Positions 42,574-53,324 of a stretch of 64,000 nt of DNA are shown one piece after another. Numbering within the stretch: the first letter of the stretch is position 1; the number at the start of each line of letters is the position of its first letter. A model generated the notes under the pieces. The model was given only the letters and a program-made list of their open reading frames with translations, was not told the origin of the DNA and searched no databases. The stretch lies in contig CAVOID010000008.1 in the NCBI GenBank assembly GCA_963695875.1, positions 229,169 through 293,168 on the forward strand. The letters run 5' to 3'. The translations under genes were made by a program, and so were the position numbers. This stretch comes from an uncultured delta proteobacterium (GTDB lineage: Bacteria > Desulfobacterota > Syntrophia > Syntrophales > UBA2185).

Positions 42574-44119
42574 AAACGTATTTCCTCCTCAAGGTAATTA
42601 AGAAACAGCAAACCAATGTTATCAAACAAATAAGAACAAAGATATCACCATATGCTGTATAAAATGTTTTATAATTAATAAATTTTACATTATCTCGAAG
42701 TCTCGATTTTGTAAATAATTCTGTCTTAGCAATGATCCTTCCTGCCGGGTCAATTATAGAGCTGATCCCAGTATTTGCCGATCTTATAACATATAAGCGA
42801 TTTTCAACAGCCCTGAATACCGTCATGGAAAGATGCTGATACGGTGCTGATGTTCTTCCAAACCACGCATCATTTGTCATATTCACAAGCAGATCAACAC
42901 CCATATTTTTATATGTCCTGCTTGCTTCGGGAAATATACCTTCGTAGCAAATCAGTACACCCAATTTTTTATTATCCAAGGTTAAAGGATTATAACCATT
43001 ACCTGAACGAAAATCCCCTACACCTACTGCCAATTTACTGATAAAGGGAAACATACTTCGCAAAGGTACATATTCACCGTACGGTACCAGATGAACTTTA
43101 TCATACTGACCAACTATTTTCCCGGCTGGTGATAACAGAAATGCACTGTTAAAGTAAGATATACAGTCTTCACTCCCGATGCACTCTCTTAGATAACTTG
43201 GGCCTCCAAAGAGAAGCCATTCTCCTGACATTTGAGCAATATTTACAATTCTATTGTGTAATTCATTAAAATCCTGAAAAAAAAAGGGCGCTGCTGTTTC
43301 GGGCCATACCATCAATCCTGGTCGTGATGATTCTTCCTGTAAGGATAAGTCATTATAAACATTTATGGTTTCCATCTGAAAGCGGGGATTCCACTTGATA
43401 TTTTGATCAATATTCCCTTGAACAAGGGTAACATCCATGGATTCTGCAGCCCTTAATTTTTCATCTATCTGGTGTAACCGTAAGTATCCATAACTGAATA
43501 TTATTAGCATCAAAGCGGAACATAAAGCCACTTCTGCCATTAGTCTCGTTCCTTTAAACTTTTCAGAAAGAATATCAAAAATAGTTACATTGACTAAAAC
43601 GATAATGAATGAGAGCCCATATGTGCCCGTTATATCAACAGCCTGAATTAGTGTAGTGTTTAGGTATTGAGAATAAGCAAGATTTTCCCAAGGGAAGCCT
43701 GTGAATAAATATGATTTTCCGTATTCAAGACATGTCCATAAAACTGGTGCGATTACAATCTCGTTTATGCCTTTACTTGAAAAATACACAATACACGCGG
43801 CAAAAAGAGCAATGTAGATACTTAAATACGCCGCTAAGAGCAGCATGAAAAAGATGCCCGCGTAATATGGGAGATACCCATAGGTTACTACAACATATAC
43901 AATCCAGTAAACAATACCGGTATAAGATACAATACCTGTAATGAAACCAACGATTAGCCCGTTTCGTAGACTTGATACATTTTTCAGGGCAAACAATAAA
44001 GGAACCAGGGCTACCCAGGCTATGATACCCAAACCATATTTTGGAAAAGAAAGAAAAAGAAGAATTCCAGAAGCGAAACTTAATATAAGTGTTCCTTTAG
44101 TTATACTCAGGCTCTGCAT
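42554..44119 (-). CDS. lnt: Apolipoprotein N-acyltransferase
   Basis: GFPW, QGNI, WPETA, YDKVHLVPYGEYVP, ICYE, TNDAWFG and ANTGIS. Confidence 0.96.
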   Translation of the reverse strand: MQSLSITKGTLILSFASGILLFLSFPKYGLGIIAWVALVPLLFALKNVSSLRNGLIVGFITGIVSYTGIVYWIVYVVVTYGYLPYYAGIFFMLLLAAYLSIYIALFAACIVYFSSKGINEIVIAPVLWTCLEYGKSYLFTGFPWENLAYSQYLNTTLIQAVDITGTYGLSFIIVLVNVTIFDILSEKFKGTRLMAEVALCSALMLIIFSYGYLRLHQIDEKLRAAESMDVTLVQGNIDQNIKWNPRFQMETINVYNDLSLQEESSRPGLMVWPETAAPFFFQDFNELHNRIVNIAQMSGEWLLFGGPSYLRECIGSEDCISYFNSAFLLSPAGKIVGQYDKVHLVPYGEYVPLRSMFPFISKLAVGVGDFRSGNGYNPLTLDNKKLGVLICYEGIFPEASRTYKNMGVDLLVNMTNDAWFGRTSAPYQHLSMTVFRAVENRLYVIRSANTGISSIIDPAGRIIAKTELFTKSRLRDNVKFINYKTFYTAYGDIFVLICLITLVCCFLITLRRKYVYAFRNK

Positions 44120-44975
44120 TATAGATTTTTATTGATGAACTCCCCCACCCATATTGAGATTCATCCGTTCTTCTTAATTTAACCTTCCTAATGCTTCGCT
44201 CGTCAGCAGATTCAATGACCATTTCAAGATTGTCGACATTAATGATTTCTCCGGTTACTGGGATCTTTTTAATTGCGTTCAGAATGAAGCCACCGAGCGT
44301 CTCAAATTTTCCTTCCTTAAATTTTATTCCTAAATGATCTTCAATCACTTCAATTTCGACCCTGCCGTCAACAAGGATATAACCATCAGCCAGTTCAACT
44401 ATATCCCCTTTTTTTGCATCATGTTCGTCATGAATTTCTCCAACAATTTCCTCTATCAAATCTTCAAGGGTAACAAGTCCGGATGTTCCGCCATACTCGT
44501 CTATAACAATCGCCATGTGATACTTCCTCTGTTTCAATTCATGGAGAAGATGATGCGAATTTTTTGTTTCCGGGATGTAATATGGCTTTCGCAAGCTTGA
44601 AAGGATGTCATTTTCCTTTATAGGCTTTGACCAGAATTTAAGAAGGTCTTTTACATTTAAAATACCGACGATGTTATCTACACTACCAGCATAGACGGGT
44701 ATTCTTGTATGTCCGTGTTTTATGGTCAATTCAAGAATTTCATCAATTGTTGCATCACTTTTAATAGCAATCATTTCCGTTCTCGGAATCATCACTTCCC
44801 TGACTACCGTATCGCGGAATTCAAGGATACTTTGAATCATTTCACCCGACTGCGAGTCAATCAGCCCTTTCTCTTCTCCCGCATCTATGATGGACTGGAG
44901 TTCCTCTTCCAGGCGTGATTGTTCGTCTACCGAAAAAAATTTCCTGATTTTTGCAAATATATTCTTCCCTAAAAT
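44097..44975 (-). CDS. CorC/HlyC-family CBS-domain protein (probable ATT start at 44975; first ATG at 44840)
   Basis: EVMIPR, HTRIPVY, VIDEYGGTSGLVTLEDLIEEIVGEI and a CorC C-terminal domain; frame open 45 codons upstream of the first ATG. Confidence 0.88.
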   Translation of the reverse strand: MLGKNIFAKIRKFFSVDEQSRLEEELQSIIDAGEEKGLIDSQSGEMIQSILEFRDTVVREVMIPRTEMIAIKSDATIDEILELTIKHGHTRIPVYAGSVDNIVGILNVKDLLKFWSKPIKENDILSSLRKPYYIPETKNSHHLLHELKQRKYHMAIVIDEYGGTSGLVTLEDLIEEIVGEIHDEHDAKKGDIVELADGYILVDGRVEIEVIEDHLGIKFKEGKFETLGGFILNAIKKIPVTGEIINVDNLEMVIESADERSIRKVKLRRTDESQYGWGSSSIKIYNAEPEYN

Positions 44976-44990
44976 AAGTTACTCCTTTCT

Positions 44991-45863
44991 TTAAAGCCCA
45001 CGTAAATGCTCTGGTCTGAGGCGCTTTATATCGCGTATCTTAATTATATTATGAATCATATTAACTGTCTTTCTCTTTTCCAATGGTAACCTTGCTTTTA
45101 TGGGAAGATAATTTGAGGCATGATTTGATGTAAAATAACAGTTGGTCAAATTTGAATTTTCAACAACAATTCCAAGCTCTTTTAGCAAACCAAACTTATC
45201 AGGCATGACAAAATTACCAGATATATAATCTGAATACAATGGTGTGCCTGGCACAAGCATAAGGGTTAATGCACTTGCATATTCAGGGTCTATCTTCGTA
45301 AGGATTCTTGCCGTATCAAAGGCATGTTCAATACTCTTCTCAATACCCCCTATGCCTAAAATAATAGTGGCTGATAGGATAATTCCTGCTTCTTTGATCC
45401 GGTGGCCTGCCTGGATCATTTCCTCACTTGCAACACCTTTTTTTATTTTCCGAAGTAATTCATCGTTTCCCGTCTCTATGCCTAGATATGCTATCTTGAG
45501 GCCATGTTCTCTTAACTGAATCAAGTCATCAACTGTTTTTCTCAATATGCTCTTTGCATTGGCATATGTCCCCACCCTTTTAACACCTTTCATATGTATT
45601 TCTATCAGGTTTAATATTTGAACCATCCGTTCTTGGGGAATAATGAGTGCATCGCCATCACAGAGAAATACTTTTTCAATAGAACTATATAGGGAGGCTT
45701 CTGACATATCCTCCTGTATCTCATCCAATGATTTTATCCTGAATTTCTTGCTCTTATATGCAGGACAAAAGATGCATTTGTTATGTGAACAACCAACCGT
45801 CACCTGTAACAATAAACTGTTAGCCTCGCTTGGTGGTCTTATTACTTCGCCTTCGTAATTCAT
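44991..45863 (-). CDS. Radical SAM protein
   Basis: RPPSEA, GCSHNKCIFC (CxxxCxxC), DGDAL and SNHASNY. Confidence 0.9.
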   Translation of the reverse strand: MNYEGEVIRPPSEANSLLLQVTVGCSHNKCIFCPAYKSKKFRIKSLDEIQEDMSEASLYSSIEKVFLCDGDALIIPQERMVQILNLIEIHMKGVKRVGTYANAKSILRKTVDDLIQLREHGLKIAYLGIETGNDELLRKIKKGVASEEMIQAGHRIKEAGIILSATIILGIGGIEKSIEHAFDTARILTKIDPEYASALTLMLVPGTPLYSDYISGNFVMPDKFGLLKELGIVVENSNLTNCYFTSNHASNYLPIKARLPLEKRKTVNMIHNIIKIRDIKRLRPEHLRGL

Positions 45864-45951
45864 CCTGAGAATTTTTCTTTCTGTTTTTAATCAGCTGTGG
45901 TTGCCTAATATTACTTTCTTAATTGCTATCTGAAGTATTCGGAATTAAAAT

Positions 45952-45985
45952 AAAAAAAGGAGTTAACCTCTGGTGGTCAACCCCT
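45952..45985 (-). terminator. Intrinsic terminator after tRNA-Val/tRNA-Asp
   Basis: Minus strand AGGGGTTGACC-acca(ga)-GGTTAACTCCT followed by a T run. Confidence 0.8.
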
Positions 45986-45993
45986 CGAAAGTT

Positions 45994-46070
45994 TGGCGGG
46001 GCCGATGGGACTTGAACCCACGCCCTCCGGCGTGACAGGCCGGCGTTATAACCATCTTAACTACGACCCC
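45994..46070 (-). tRNA. tRNA-Asp (GTC)
   Basis: GGGGTCG acceptor stem, CCGGC-CT GTC AC-GCCGG anticodon arm, GGTTCAAGTCCC T arm, encoded CCA. Confidence 0.97.
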
Positions 46071-46171
46071 GAAATATTAGAAATAATGAAAATCAAGCAT
46101 TAAAATCTTTATTTTCTATTCCTCAATGAGGACTATGCAAATGTATTAAGGGCTTCACCTATTTTTGGCAT

Positions 46172-46247
46172 TGGTAGGCGGAACAGGACTCGAACCTGTG
46201 ACTTCCACGGTGTAAGCGTGGCGCTCTTCCAACTGAGCTACCCGCCT
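46172..46247 (-). tRNA. tRNA-Val (TAC)
   Basis: AGGCGGG acceptor stem, CCACG-CT TAC AC-CGTGG anticodon arm, GGTTCGAGTCC T arm, encoded CCA. Confidence 0.97.
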
Positions 46248-46254
46248 TTATTTT

Positions 46255-46283
46255 TTTTTAGCAACTGTATTTATTGTTGTCAA
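46255..46283 (-). promoter_or_regulatory. Sigma70-like promoter for tRNA-Val/Asp, overlapping the lon 3' end
   Basis: Minus strand TTGACA-N17-TAAAAA, ending 7 nt before the tRNA-Val 5' end. Confidence 0.6.
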
Positions 46284-48771
46284 GTAATAAATAAGCCTGT
46301 TGCTCTTTAATAGAGCTATTTTCCAAAGGGCGGGCCGATCCGGTTAGCGGAATAGACGGAACGCGAATCGATGTCTCTTCTTCATATTCTTCATGATCTT
46401 TCAGATCATCAAACGTACAAATCGCTACTTTCAAAACTTCATCCATGTGTTCCACATGGACTATCTCAAGGGCCTTTAAGATATTAGCCGGAACGTCTGC
46501 GAGATCTTTTTCGTTATCCTTGGGAATAATTACAGTCTTTATATTACCACGGTGTGCTGCAAGCAGCTTCTCCTTCAATCCTCCAATTGGCAATACCCTG
46601 CCTCTCAGTGTTATTTCGCCGGTCATAGCAAGATCACCTCGGACCGGCATTTTGGTGAAAGCAGAAGCAATAGAAGTGGCCACAGCTATTCCCGCAGATG
46701 GTCCATCCTTTGGTATGGCACCTTCCGGTACATGCACATGAACATCAGTTTCTTTGTAAAAATTTTCGTCTAAACCGAACTTATCAGCTCTAGCACGGAC
46801 ATATGTAAGCGCTGCTTGGACAGATTCCTGCATTACATCACCGAGCTTACCCGTCATGACCATTTTGCCAGTACCTTTCATAAGGGAAGATTCAATCTCA
46901 AGAAGCTCTCCCCCGACTTCTGTCCAAGCCAAACCGATACACAAACCTATTTCATCTTTACCTTCGGTCTCTCCATGTCTAAATTTAGGTACACCTAGAT
47001 ATTTAGGTATAGCCTTTGAATTGACCCTGACCAGATTATTTGTACCATCAGTAGCTATCTTCTTTGCAACTTTTCTACATATTGATGCAATTTCCCTTTC
47101 GAGGTTTCTGACCCCGGCCTCCCTTGTATATTGTCTTATTATAGCCAATAGTGCACCATCGGTAATAAATATATTATCCTTCGTAAGACCATTGGCTTCC
47201 ATTTCTTTCGCAACAAGAAATTTCTTCGCTATGCTCAGCTTTTCCGGCTCAGTATATCCGGCAAGGCGAATCACTTCCATTCTATCTTGGAGGGCTGCTG
47301 GTATTGTTTGGAGAATATTTGCTGTTGTTATGAACATCACATCAGAAAGGTCATAATCAACCTCTAAGTAATTGTCGTTAAAGGCATTATTCTGTTCCGG
47401 ATCCAGTACTTCAAGGAGGGCCGCTGAAGGATCTCCACGAAAATCGGAACTCAGTTTATCTACCTCATCGAGGCAAAATACCGGATTGTTCGACCCGGCT
47501 TTTTTCATCAGTTGAATGATTTTACCCGGCAATGCTCCTATATAGGTTCTCCTATGTCCTCTAATTTCAGCCTCATCTCTTACACCACCGAGTGAAAGTC
47601 TAACGAATTTTCTGTTTGTCGCCCGGGCTACAGATTTTGCTACTGAGGTCTTTCCAACCCCCGGTGGACCTACAAAGCACAGGATCGGTCCTTTATTCTT
47701 TTTCACAAGTGACTGAACGGCAAGGTACTCAAGGATCCTTTCCTTGACCTGTTTTAGGCCATAGTGATCCTCTTCTAATATTGTCTCGGATTCTTTAAGA
47801 GTATGTTTGTTCTCAGTTTTTTCAGCCCATGGCATATCCAACAGCCAGTCAATATAATTCCTTACCACTGTTGCTTCAGCAGACATGGGAGCCATCATTT
47901 GCAATTTTTTTATTTCATGCTTGACCTTTTTATATGCCTCTTCGGATAATTTTTTCTGTTTTAGCCTCTTTTCCAATTCAGCTATTTCATTTCTGAATTC
48001 ATCCTTTTCACCCATTTCTTTCTGGATGGCTCGCATTTGTTCATTCAGGTAATAGTCTTTTTGGGTCTTTTCCATTTGTTTTTTGACCCGTCTCTTTATC
48101 TTTTCTTCAACCTCCATGATCTCAATTTCTCCGAGCATAAGCTCGTAAAGGGCTTCAAGCCTTTCATTAATATTGAATATCTCCAACAATTTTTGTTTTT
48201 CCTCAAGCTTGAGGCTTATATGAGATGCGACAACATCTGCTAATTTCGAAGAGTTGTCTATAGAAGATATTGTGTTTACCATCTCCATGTGAACTTTTTT
48301 ACTGAGCTTCGCATATGTTTCAAATGAATCTCTGATGTTTCTTATCAAAGCTTCAGCCTTTACCTGATTTTTGTCATCTATATCCTGAATTTCTTCAACA
48401 TTGACCATGAAAAAATCTTCATTTGGTATATATTCTCTGATTATTCCCCTCTTCTTTCCTTCAACTAGTACTTTAACGGTCCCGTCAGGAAGCCTTAAAA
48501 GCTGTATAATTACCCCGATAGCCCCCACTTTGTATATGTCATTTTCTGTTGGTTCATCCTTCTGTGCGCTCTTCTGAGCCACCATGAATATGCCTTTTTC
48601 ACTTTTCATTGCTGATTCTAGTGCCGCAATGGATTTTTCCCTGCCAACAAAAAGCGGCACAATCATATGAGGAAATACAACAACATCCCTCAATGGCAAA
48701 AGAGGAATCGATATTGCTGTATGATCATTCTCTTTATTCTTTAAAAAATCAAACATATCTCTATTTCCCAT
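46258..48771 (-). CDS. lon: Lon protease
   Basis: [40 protein letters not shown] and IGGLKEK. Confidence 0.98.
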   Translation of the reverse strand: MGNRDMFDFLKNKENDHTAISIPLLPLRDVVVFPHMIVPLFVGREKSIAALESAMKSEKGIFMVAQKSAQKDEPTENDIYKVGAIGVIIQLLRLPDGTVKVLVEGKKRGIIREYIPNEDFFMVNVEEIQDIDDKNQVKAEALIRNIRDSFETYAKLSKKVHMEMVNTISSIDNSSKLADVVASHISLKLEEKQKLLEIFNINERLEALYELMLGEIEIMEVEEKIKRRVKKQMEKTQKDYYLNEQMRAIQKEMGEKDEFRNEIAELEKRLKQKKLSEEAYKKVKHEIKKLQMMAPMSAEATVVRNYIDWLLDMPWAEKTENKHTLKESETILEEDHYGLKQVKERILEYLAVQSLVKKNKGPILCFVGPPGVGKTSVAKSVARATNRKFVRLSLGGVRDEAEIRGHRRTYIGALPGKIIQLMKKAGSNNPVFCLDEVDKLSSDFRGDPSAALLEVLDPEQNNAFNDNYLEVDYDLSDVMFITTANILQTIPAALQDRMEVIRLAGYTEPEKLSIAKKFLVAKEMEANGLTKDNIFITDGALLAIIRQYTREAGVRNLEREIASICRKVAKKIATDGTNNLVRVNSKAIPKYLGVPKFRHGETEGKDEIGLCIGLAWTEVGGELLEIESSLMKGTGKMVMTGKLGDVMQESVQAALTYVRARADKFGLDENFYKETDVHVHVPEGAIPKDGPSAGIAVATSIASAFTKMPVRGDLAMTGEITLRGRVLPIGGLKEKLLAAHRGNIKTVIIPKDNEKDLADVPANILKALEIVHVEHMDEVLKVAICTFDDLKDHEEYEEETSIRVPSIPLTGSARPLENSSIKEQQAYLLLDNNKYSC

Positions 48772-48787
48772 AATCTATATTTCCAGT

Positions 48788-50050
48788 TTATGCAGTTTCG
48801 GATTTTGTTTCAAAAATCAATATTGGTTTTTCTTTGTTCATAACAACATCTTCGGTAATTACACACTCCCTTACATCGTTTCGGGATGGCAATTCATACA
48901 TAATATCAAGCATTGTATTTTCTAAAATTGATCGAAGTCCCCGCGCACCTGATTTTCTTTCAACAGATAATTTAGCTATCGCTCTTAGAGCTCCATCCGT
49001 AAATTTCAGCTTGACGTTTTCAAGTTCAAATATTACTTTATATTGCTTTGTAATTGCATCTTTAGGTTCAATTAAAATTCTTACCAGCTCGTCCTGATTC
49101 AATTCATTTAATGTAGCGATTACCGGCAACCTGCCAATGAACTCAGGAATCATCCCAAATTTCAGCAGATCTTCAGGTTGGACCTCCGACAGAAGATTGC
49201 CAATTTTTTTATATCGTTTACTTTTAATATCCGCACCAAACCCCATCGTTGATGTACTCAGTCTTTTAGAAATAATGTCTTCAAGATCATTAAACGCTCC
49301 GCCACAAATGAATAATATATTTGTCGTGTCCACTTGAATAAATTCCTGCTGCGGATGCTTTCTACCTCCCTTCGGCGGTACATTAGCCATTGTTCCTTCT
49401 ATAATCTTCAGAAGCGCCTGTTGAACGCCTTCACCTGAAACATCCCTTGTAATTGAAGGATTCCCAGATTTCTTTGCAATCTTATCGATTTCATCAATAT
49501 ACACAATCCCCTTGGAAGCCCGTTCTACATCATAATCGGCATTTTGCAGGAGACTAAGTATTATGTTTTCTACATCTTCTCCCACATACCCCGCTTCTGT
49601 CAGTGTTGTCGCATCGGCAATGGTGAATGGTACGTTGAGCATTTTAGCCAGTGTTTTTGCAAGAAGCGTTTTCCCCGATCCTGTGGGTCCAATTAATAAA
49701 ATATTACTTTTTTGTATTTCAACTCCATTCATATCAACATTCGAAAACAACCGCCTATAGTGATTATAAACAGCCACTGAAAGAACCCTTTTAGGCCTCT
49801 CTTGACCAATTACATACTGATCTAGAAATTTCTTTATATTCCTAGGTTCTGGTATACCTTTCTGAAATTCGTCATTAGTGGAGGGTTCACATTCTTCTTC
49901 AACGATGCACCTGCAAAGTTCGATGCATTCATCGCATATGTATGCAGCCGGTCCTGCAACTAATTTTCTTACCTCGTTCTGATTCTTTCCACAAAATGAA
50001 CAGAATAAAATGCCTTGAGAGCCCTGGTTATCCTTGTTCCTTCTCACCAT
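48788..50050 (-). CDS. clpX: ATP-dependent Clp protease ATPase ClpX
   Basis: CSFCGK zinc finger, [17 protein letters not shown] and RKH loop. Confidence 0.98.
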   Translation of the reverse strand: MVRRNKDNQGSQGILFCSFCGKNQNEVRKLVAGPAAYICDECIELCRCIVEEECEPSTNDEFQKGIPEPRNIKKFLDQYVIGQERPKRVLSVAVYNHYRRLFSNVDMNGVEIQKSNILLIGPTGSGKTLLAKTLAKMLNVPFTIADATTLTEAGYVGEDVENIILSLLQNADYDVERASKGIVYIDEIDKIAKKSGNPSITRDVSGEGVQQALLKIIEGTMANVPPKGGRKHPQQEFIQVDTTNILFICGGAFNDLEDIISKRLSTSTMGFGADIKSKRYKKIGNLLSEVQPEDLLKFGMIPEFIGRLPVIATLNELNQDELVRILIEPKDAITKQYKVIFELENVKLKFTDGALRAIAKLSVERKSGARGLRSILENTMLDIMYELPSRNDVRECVITEDVVMNKEKPILIFETKSETA

Positions 50051-50079
50051 TGGAAATACCCCTCTAATTATTGCTACAA

Positions 50080-50664
50080 CTACTGTCGTTTTAGAATTAT
50101 CTCATCTATGATACCATATTGTTTTGCCTGCTCACAAGTCATATAGTAATCCCTCTCCGTATCCATTTGGATCTTTGATAGTGGTTGACCTGTCAGGTCA
50201 GCGAGAATGAGATTCAATTCTTCTTTCATCCGTAAAATCTCTCGTGCCTGAATATCTATGTCAGTCGCCTGACCGTAAAATCCACCGAGCGGTTGATGGA
50301 TCAATATTCTAGAATGTGGAAGCGCCGATCTTTTCCCCTTTTCGCCTGCTGCGAGTAACAGTGCCCCCATGCTTGCTGCCTGACCCATGCATACTGTACA
50401 TACCGGAGGCTTAATATATTGCATGGTGTCGTAGATTGCCATTCCCGAGCTTACATTACCTCCAGGTGTGTTCAGATAGAAAAATATCTCCTTGTCAGGA
50501 TCTTCAGATTCGAGATACAGCATCTGAGCAATGATGAGATTTGCAACATCATCGTCAATTGCCGTACCGAGAAAGATTATCCTATCTTTTAGAAGCCTTG
50601 AATAAATATCAAAGGCTCTTTCGCCCCTTCCATCCTGTTCAATTACCATTGGAATTAAGGGCAT
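50080..50664 (-). CDS. clpP: Clp protease proteolytic subunit
   Basis: [19 protein letters not shown] and IHQPLGG. Confidence 0.98.
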   Translation of the reverse strand: MPLIPMVIEQDGRGERAFDIYSRLLKDRIIFLGTAIDDDVANLIIAQMLYLESEDPDKEIFFYLNTPGGNVSSGMAIYDTMQYIKPPVCTVCMGQAASMGALLLAAGEKGKRSALPHSRILIHQPLGGFYGQATDIDIQAREILRMKEELNLILADLTGQPLSKIQMDTERDYYMTCEQAKQYGIIDEIILKRQ

Positions 50665-50676
50665 TTGCCGCCCTCC

Positions 50677-51989
50677 TTATCTTTTAATTTTTACTATTTT
50701 TAATTTCGATTTGTTTTCTATAAAACTAAAGACCTTTGCGTTTAAAATTTCAGTTTTTATATCTTCTATCATATTGCCGTCTACTAAAGATTTCTTTAAG
50801 GAATCATAGCTCTGTGATCGTTGAGCAGCGATTTCCTTAATCTTATCTTCAAGTTCATTATCGGATACCGCAATAGATTCTTTTTCGGCTATGCTTTTTA
50901 TGAGAAGGATCGTCATGACAACCTTCAGGGCTTCATCTTTGTACAGGTCGTAAAATTTATTGTATAATTCAGACGTATCCTGGCGTTTAATGCCACGCAT
51001 GGCCATTCTTCTCTGCATATCGGCAAGCATGAAAGAAACCTGCCTATTTACGAATGATTGAGGGACTTCAAATTTATTAATTTCCAAAAGTTTATCTATT
51101 ATCAAATTCTTAAAAACCGAATTCGATCGAGCAATATTTTCCTCTTCAAGTGTCTTTCTGATATCCTTTTTCAAATCATCCAGAGTCTCATATTTATCAA
51201 AATTTTGAACAAACTTTTCATCAAGTTCAGGTAATTTCTTTTCCTTAATATTCTTCAAGGTTACTGAAAATAAGACCTCTTCTCCGGCTAAATGCTTCGC
51301 GTGATAATCATCAGGCAATTTTACTCTTATCTGTTTGGTCTCACCTTTTTTTAAGCCCGGCAGTTGTTCTTCAAAACCTGGTATGAATGTCTTGGAACCA
51401 ACTTCCAGCATATAATTATCTGCTTTCATTTCTTTAAGAGGTTTCCCATTAAGGGTGCCTTCAAAATCAATAACGGCAAAATCCCCTTCATTTATTTCCC
51501 TGATCTTCTACTACTTCCTCCATGGTGCTGAACATCTCACGAACTTTCTGTAGCCTAGTATCAACATCGGAATCGCTAACTTCGTGCTCCTCTTTTTCAA
51601 GTTCAAGTGCCAATATAACCTTTCGGTTCAATAACTGGTTCAACCTCAACAGTAGCGGTGAAAGTGAAATTCTTCTCAGCTTCTATACCCTTCTGATCTA
51701 TGTCCGGTTGCGCAACAGCATTAATATTGTTTTCTTTTAAAGCTTCCCAATAGTATTTGTTCACGAGATTAGTTATTGCTTCATCTTCCGCATAGTCTTT
51801 ATACATGGATTCTAAAATATTTCTTGGTATTTTCCCCTGTCTGAATCCTTTAACCTTAGCTTTCTTACCCACATCTTTATAAACCGCGTCCAGTTCATTT
51901 TTAACTTCTAACCATGAAATATCAAAGAGTAGTTTCTTTTTTACAGGACTTACATCTTCAACTTTTACAGCCATTATACTTCCCGACAC
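50677..51989 (-). CDS. tig: Trigger factor (two frameshifts near 51605 and 51505)
   Basis: GFRQGKIP signature and FKBP domain (IDFEG, FIPGFEEQL); classic tRNA-Leu-tig-clpP-clpX-lon order. Confidence 0.94.
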
Positions 51990-52030
51990 TTGTTAAACCT
52001 CTCACGCATTATGTATACCAAATTGATTTC

Positions 52031-52117
52031 TGGTGCGAGAGAGGGGATTTGAACCCCTATCCGCTCAGGCGGGCTGGATCCTAAGTCCAGTGCGTCTGCC
52101 AATTCCGCCACTCTCGC
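52031..52117 (-). tRNA. tRNA-Leu (TAG)
   Basis: GCGAGAG acceptor stem, CTGGA-CT TAG GA-TCCAG anticodon arm, long variable arm, encoded CCA. Confidence 0.97.
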
Positions 52118-52314
52118 TCACTAAAGCTTCATTTATATATTCATTAGACGTAAGATTGTCAACGGCTATTATTGTATACATCTACTCAAAATACTCATAT
52201 TTAAAACATGCTAAACAGCTATTTATATTAGTTCATTAAAGAATTATTCATAATCTACTTTTGATATTCTTAAACACAATTTTATAAAGTAATTAACAAT
52301 CTCATTAATCGCTC

Positions 52315-52343
52315 TTGACATGATGACTATGCATTTTTATATT
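52315..52343 (+). promoter_or_regulatory. Near-consensus sigma70 promoter for the DUF2156 gene
   Basis: TTGACA-N17-TATATT. Confidence 0.65.
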
Positions 52344-52369
52344 AAATTAACTATATTATTATTAATAAT

Positions 52370-52396
52370 ATATCGGCAAATTTTATTATTATTTTA
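52370..52396 (-). promoter_or_regulatory. Sigma28 (FliA/SigD)-like promoter
   Basis: Minus strand TAAA-N15-GCCGATAT. Confidence 0.4.
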
Positions 52397-52403
52397 ATTC
52401 TTT

Positions 52404-53315
52404 ATGAATTTTAAGCAATTAGAAGTCACTGACTATCAGAAACTAAGGTTTTTTTTCGAAAATCAGCCGTACCGGTTATGTGACTATTCACTTCTATCGC
52501 TAATAGTATGGAGCAACCAAAGATTAAGAACATTCTATTTCATTGAAGATAATACCCTGATCATATGTAACAAATCTAACAGAAGCCTGAAAGATAACCA
52601 TCTTATCTTACCGATAGCCCCGTCTGCAAAAATCACTCCTGAATATCTTTTTAATTTGGCAAGGAAATTGGGATTTGTAAGCTACTGGTCTGTACCGGGA
52701 GATTACCTTCTGAAATACGATGCCCAAGAGATTGAATCCTTTTTCAAGGTTAATGAACAAACTGAATTCGACGATTATATATATGTGACAGAAGATCTTG
52801 CACATCTGAAGGGTAATAAGTTCACTCGACAGCGTAATTTGATCCATCAGTTTTCCAAAGCATACCTAGACATGGTCAAAGTGGACATAGAATTGATAAA
52901 TCGTGATAATTCGGGGGACTGTCTAAATTTCTTAAATGAATGGTGTGATCTGCGAAAATGCGATATGGAGCATGATGAGGGTCTTGCCTGTGAAAAAATG
53001 GCAGCTGTAAAAACCCTTAATAACATTGATGCCCTTGAGGTTAAGGGTATTTTGATCCGTATAAATGGGAAAGTAAGTGCTTTCGGGATCAGCTCCCGTC
53101 TAACTGATCAAATAGGTGTTCTTAATTTCGAAAAGGCTTACCCTAATATAAAGGGGCTGTATCAATTTCTTGACAATGAATGTGCAAAGCGCCTCTTTGC
53201 CGGTTATAAATACATCAACAAGGAAAGTGACATGAAACTTCCCAAACTTGCCCAGTCAAAAAAGTCGTATAATCCTGTAATGAAGATAAAATCATACCGT
53301 CTCACTATACTATAA
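52404..53315 (+). CDS. DUF2156 / phosphatidylglycerol-lysyltransferase C-terminal-like soluble protein
   Basis: DYIY...LAHLKGNKF..QRNLI, FEKA, GLYQ, YINKESD and SKKSYNP motifs. Confidence 0.85.
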   Translation: MNFKQLEVTDYQKLRFFFENQPYRLCDYSLLSLIVWSNQRLRTFYFIEDNTLIICNKSNRSLKDNHLILPIAPSAKITPEYLFNLARKLGFVSYWSVPGDYLLKYDAQEIESFFKVNEQTEFDDYIYVTEDLAHLKGNKFTRQRNLIHQFSKAYLDMVKVDIELINRDNSGDCLNFLNEWCDLRKCDMEHDEGLACEKMAAVKTLNNIDALEVKGILIRINGKVSAFGISSRLTDQIGVLNFEKAYPNIKGLYQFLDNECAKRLFAGYKYINKESDMKLPKLAQSKKSYNPVMKIKSYRLTIL

Positions 53316-53324
53316 TAATGACAT

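Noticed and set aside
52033..52239. 68-aa ORF MRERGFEPL...
   Set aside because: Antisense translation of tRNA-Leu.
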